A stretch of 64,000 nucleotides of DNA, taken from NCBI GenBank assembly GCA_050575255.1, contig JBNZDD010013659.1:1616734-1680733 (forward strand), read 5' to 3'. Below, one piece after another: positions 61,804 to 64,000 of the stretch (positions are counted from its first letter, which is position 1; every line of letters starts with the position of its first letter). The notes beneath the pieces are model-generated. The model searched no databases. It saw only the letters and a program-made list of their open reading frames with translations, and had not been told where the DNA came from. Both the position numbers and the translations under genes were made by a program. The stretch is from Harriotta raleighana. Lineage: Eukaryota.

Positions 61804-61807
61804 NCCC
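61714..61807. repeat. Poly-C tract (about 90 nt), probably an artefact
   Basis: Homopolymer between single Ns at 61669 and 61804. Confidence 0.8.
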
Positions 61808-61869
61808 ACACATACATACACAGACACTTATAACATGCTCACTGGTTCTCTATCACGCCCAGACACAAA

Positions 61870-62145
61870 TAAGGGAGACTGCTTCTGTTTAGCTGCTCCC
61901 TGTCTCTCTCTCTCTCTCTCTATCACACACACACACAAAAAAGGAGAGATTGCTTCTGTTTAACATCTCTGTCCTCTCACACACACACCGCACACACGAA
62001 AGGGGGGAATCGCTTCTGTTCAACATGCTCTGTTTCACATACACACAAAAGTGTAGACCGCTTCTGTTCAGCATTATCACGGTCTCTCACGTACAGACTC
62101 ACACAGAGAAGGGGAGACAACTTCTATTTGATATGCGCTCTGTGT
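61870..62145. repeat. Degenerate minisatellite, core GCTTCTGTTYARC, 5 units
   Basis: Cores at 61881, 61952, 62012, 62060 and a degenerate one at about 62120. Confidence 0.75.
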
Positions 62146-62204
62146 GCCTCTCCTTCCACATGCACCAACACACATTGGCCCATGCCATCACACCTCCGCT
62201 TCAC

Positions 62205-62465
62205 AGGATATACTGTCAAGTGAAGTGACTGTATCTTTTTAAGTGAACACGACAGCCAATTTGAGTATGGCATGGTCCCACAAAGTACCGGTGGAGTGAA
62301 TGCCCAATTTTATTTGGTGAATTGTTGGCCAAGACACCAGGTGAAAACTCACTTCTCTTTTTGAATTGTGCCATGAGATATTAAGAGTGCACCCGAACAC
62401 ACATGAGGCCTCAGAGTAACATGCCATCTGAAGAATGGCATCTCTGATGTTGCAATACCACATTC
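62205..62465 (-). mobile_element. Deu-domain SINE fragment
   Basis: gaggcctcagagtaacatgccatctgaagaatggcatctctgatgttgca, plus 3' body. Confidence 0.65.
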
Positions 62466-62987
62466 TCTCATACACATTCTCGAAAATCTCCTTTTTGAAA
62501 CATTTCCCTGTGACACAGATATATTTGAACATATATATATATATATATATATATAGCATGCCATCATCTTTTTTCAATTCCAGATAGATTTGTTTACTTA
62601 CCCCTGTTAGATTTACAGAATTTGGGGAGAAAACCATATAGGTGGATTATTGCTTGAATTGCATTCTCCTCCCCCAAACCTCCAAGTCCCATCCCCCAAC
62701 TCCGCACAATACAGCACATACTTAATTACAGCGAAAAAATTTCTCTGAAGATTAAATTTTGTGTTAGATTTTTTACATGGTGAGGGGAAGAAATTTGAGT
62801 AAGAAGGAAAACCAGCAAAATTGTTAAGTTTTAGTTTTATTTGAGTTTTCATTAGAGTTTGTGAACTGCATGTTAATTGGGGCCAACATTGATCACAAGC
62901 ATTGATTGACTCTTCACTCGGATTTTCCCCATTGAAGAAAATAATAATTAAGGGGAAATTCATACCAAAATAAGACAAAGTATCAGT

Positions 62988-63290
62988 CTGGCTCAATTAA
63001 TAGCACTCTTGCTTTGGAAAGCTGACTTCCAAATGCAGTCTTAGTACTGTAGAGTCTTAGTACTGTATTGTCAGATATCTCATTGACTGAGGTGCTAAAT
63101 CAAGACACACGCACCTGTTCAGGTGAACATTAAAGATCCTATGGCACTATTTAAAATGGGAAGGGCTTCTCTTCTGTTTTCCGAGCTAAAAATCCTTCAG
63201 ATAAAATTAGTGATTCACCTCATGGTTGTTTATGAGACATTGATGTGTATAAATTGGCCGCTGCATCCATCTTCACCTTCAAATATGTAG
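62988..63290 (+). mobile_element. Degenerate Deu-domain SINE
   Basis: cctgttcaggtgaacattaaagatcctatggcactatttaaaa segment and head remnant. Confidence 0.6.
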
Positions 63291-63374
63291 CCACTAAACC
63301 AGTAAAATCATGTAAAGAGCTTTGAATCATTTTGATATAGTAATAAGGCTATATGGCAAATTAAAGGATTATTA

Positions 63375-63677
63375 TAATAATAATAATCCTTGCATTTGAT
63401 ATAGCGCTTTTCAAGTCTTCTAGGCATCTCAAAGCACTTCACAGAATATACTGTAAAGTGAATTGACTGTATATTTGTCGGCGAAATGCAGCAGCTATTT
63501 GCGCACATCAGTGTCCCACAAATAGTTGTGGGTTGAAATGACCTTTTTTTTCTTGAGGGGATTATTATCAGGCGTGTGGAGTAAGGAAATTTGCCCAAGG
63601 TTTCACCCTGACCTGCCGGGAATCAAACCCAGGTCTCTCATTTGTAAGGCAAGTGCTCTAACCATTGAGCTACAGGA
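63375..63677 (-). mobile_element. Full-length tRNA-headed SINE
   Basis: Head tcctgtagctcaatggttagagcacttgcc, body and (ATT)n tail. Confidence 0.88.
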
Positions 63678-64000
63678 TTGGTAGCACTGTCTGGCAAGCT
63701 TTCCTACAATTAGTCTAGCAAGAACCACCTTACCTGTTAGGGCTTTGGCATGCAGGAATAATAGGAAATGATTGGGAAGATTCCTGGCCTCCAGTGACTG
63801 GTTTGCCCTTCCAAATGCTCCTGATGAGCCAGGCTAGCAGTGCTGTCATCAGCAGTGCCCTGAAATATTACGGAAAGCAAAATATGGAGACCACAGAGGC
63901 TGGCTCTATTCCAATAATTTGCTACCAAACATCTCATTGGAGCCATTTCATCTCACCCTAAGGAGGATAGTCATTGGATAATCGTTTGACATCTGATTAA

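Noticed and set aside
61870-62145. CRISPR-like repeat-spacer appearance
   Set aside because: Vertebrate DNA, short degenerate cores, related low-complexity spacers of unequal length, and no cas genes.

Overview
Vertebrate genomic DNA from a draft assembly (N gaps, gap-flanking duplications). The repeat content points to a cartilaginous fish, possibly a chimaera; this is inference. The window holds one complete protein-coding gene on the minus strand, elovl6 (fatty-acid elongase 6). It has four coding exons: 61109-61021, 18248-18117, 5913-5762 and 4028-3604 (89+132+152+425 = 798 nt, 265 aa). All introns are GT-AG (about 42.8, 12.2 and 1.7 kb), and the 3'UTR is probably about 1.7 kb. The introns are filled with L2 and CR1 LINE fragments, a tRNA-headed SINE, old Deu-domain SINEs, Tigger/pogo and hAT MITEs, and Penelope-type elements carrying minimal hammerhead ribozymes. 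Nearly all other ORFs in the track are repeat-derived or spurious. The most striking unexplained signal is a nested series of long-range complementary segments spanning about 1 kb of the elovl6 3'UTR, with G-U pairs favouring the mRNA strand. Next are a TSD-flanked 143-bp hammerhead insertion, lipid-related miRNA seed sites, and an intronic SRE/E-box/CCAAT cluster. Repeat boundaries are approximate unless TIRs or TSDs are quoted.
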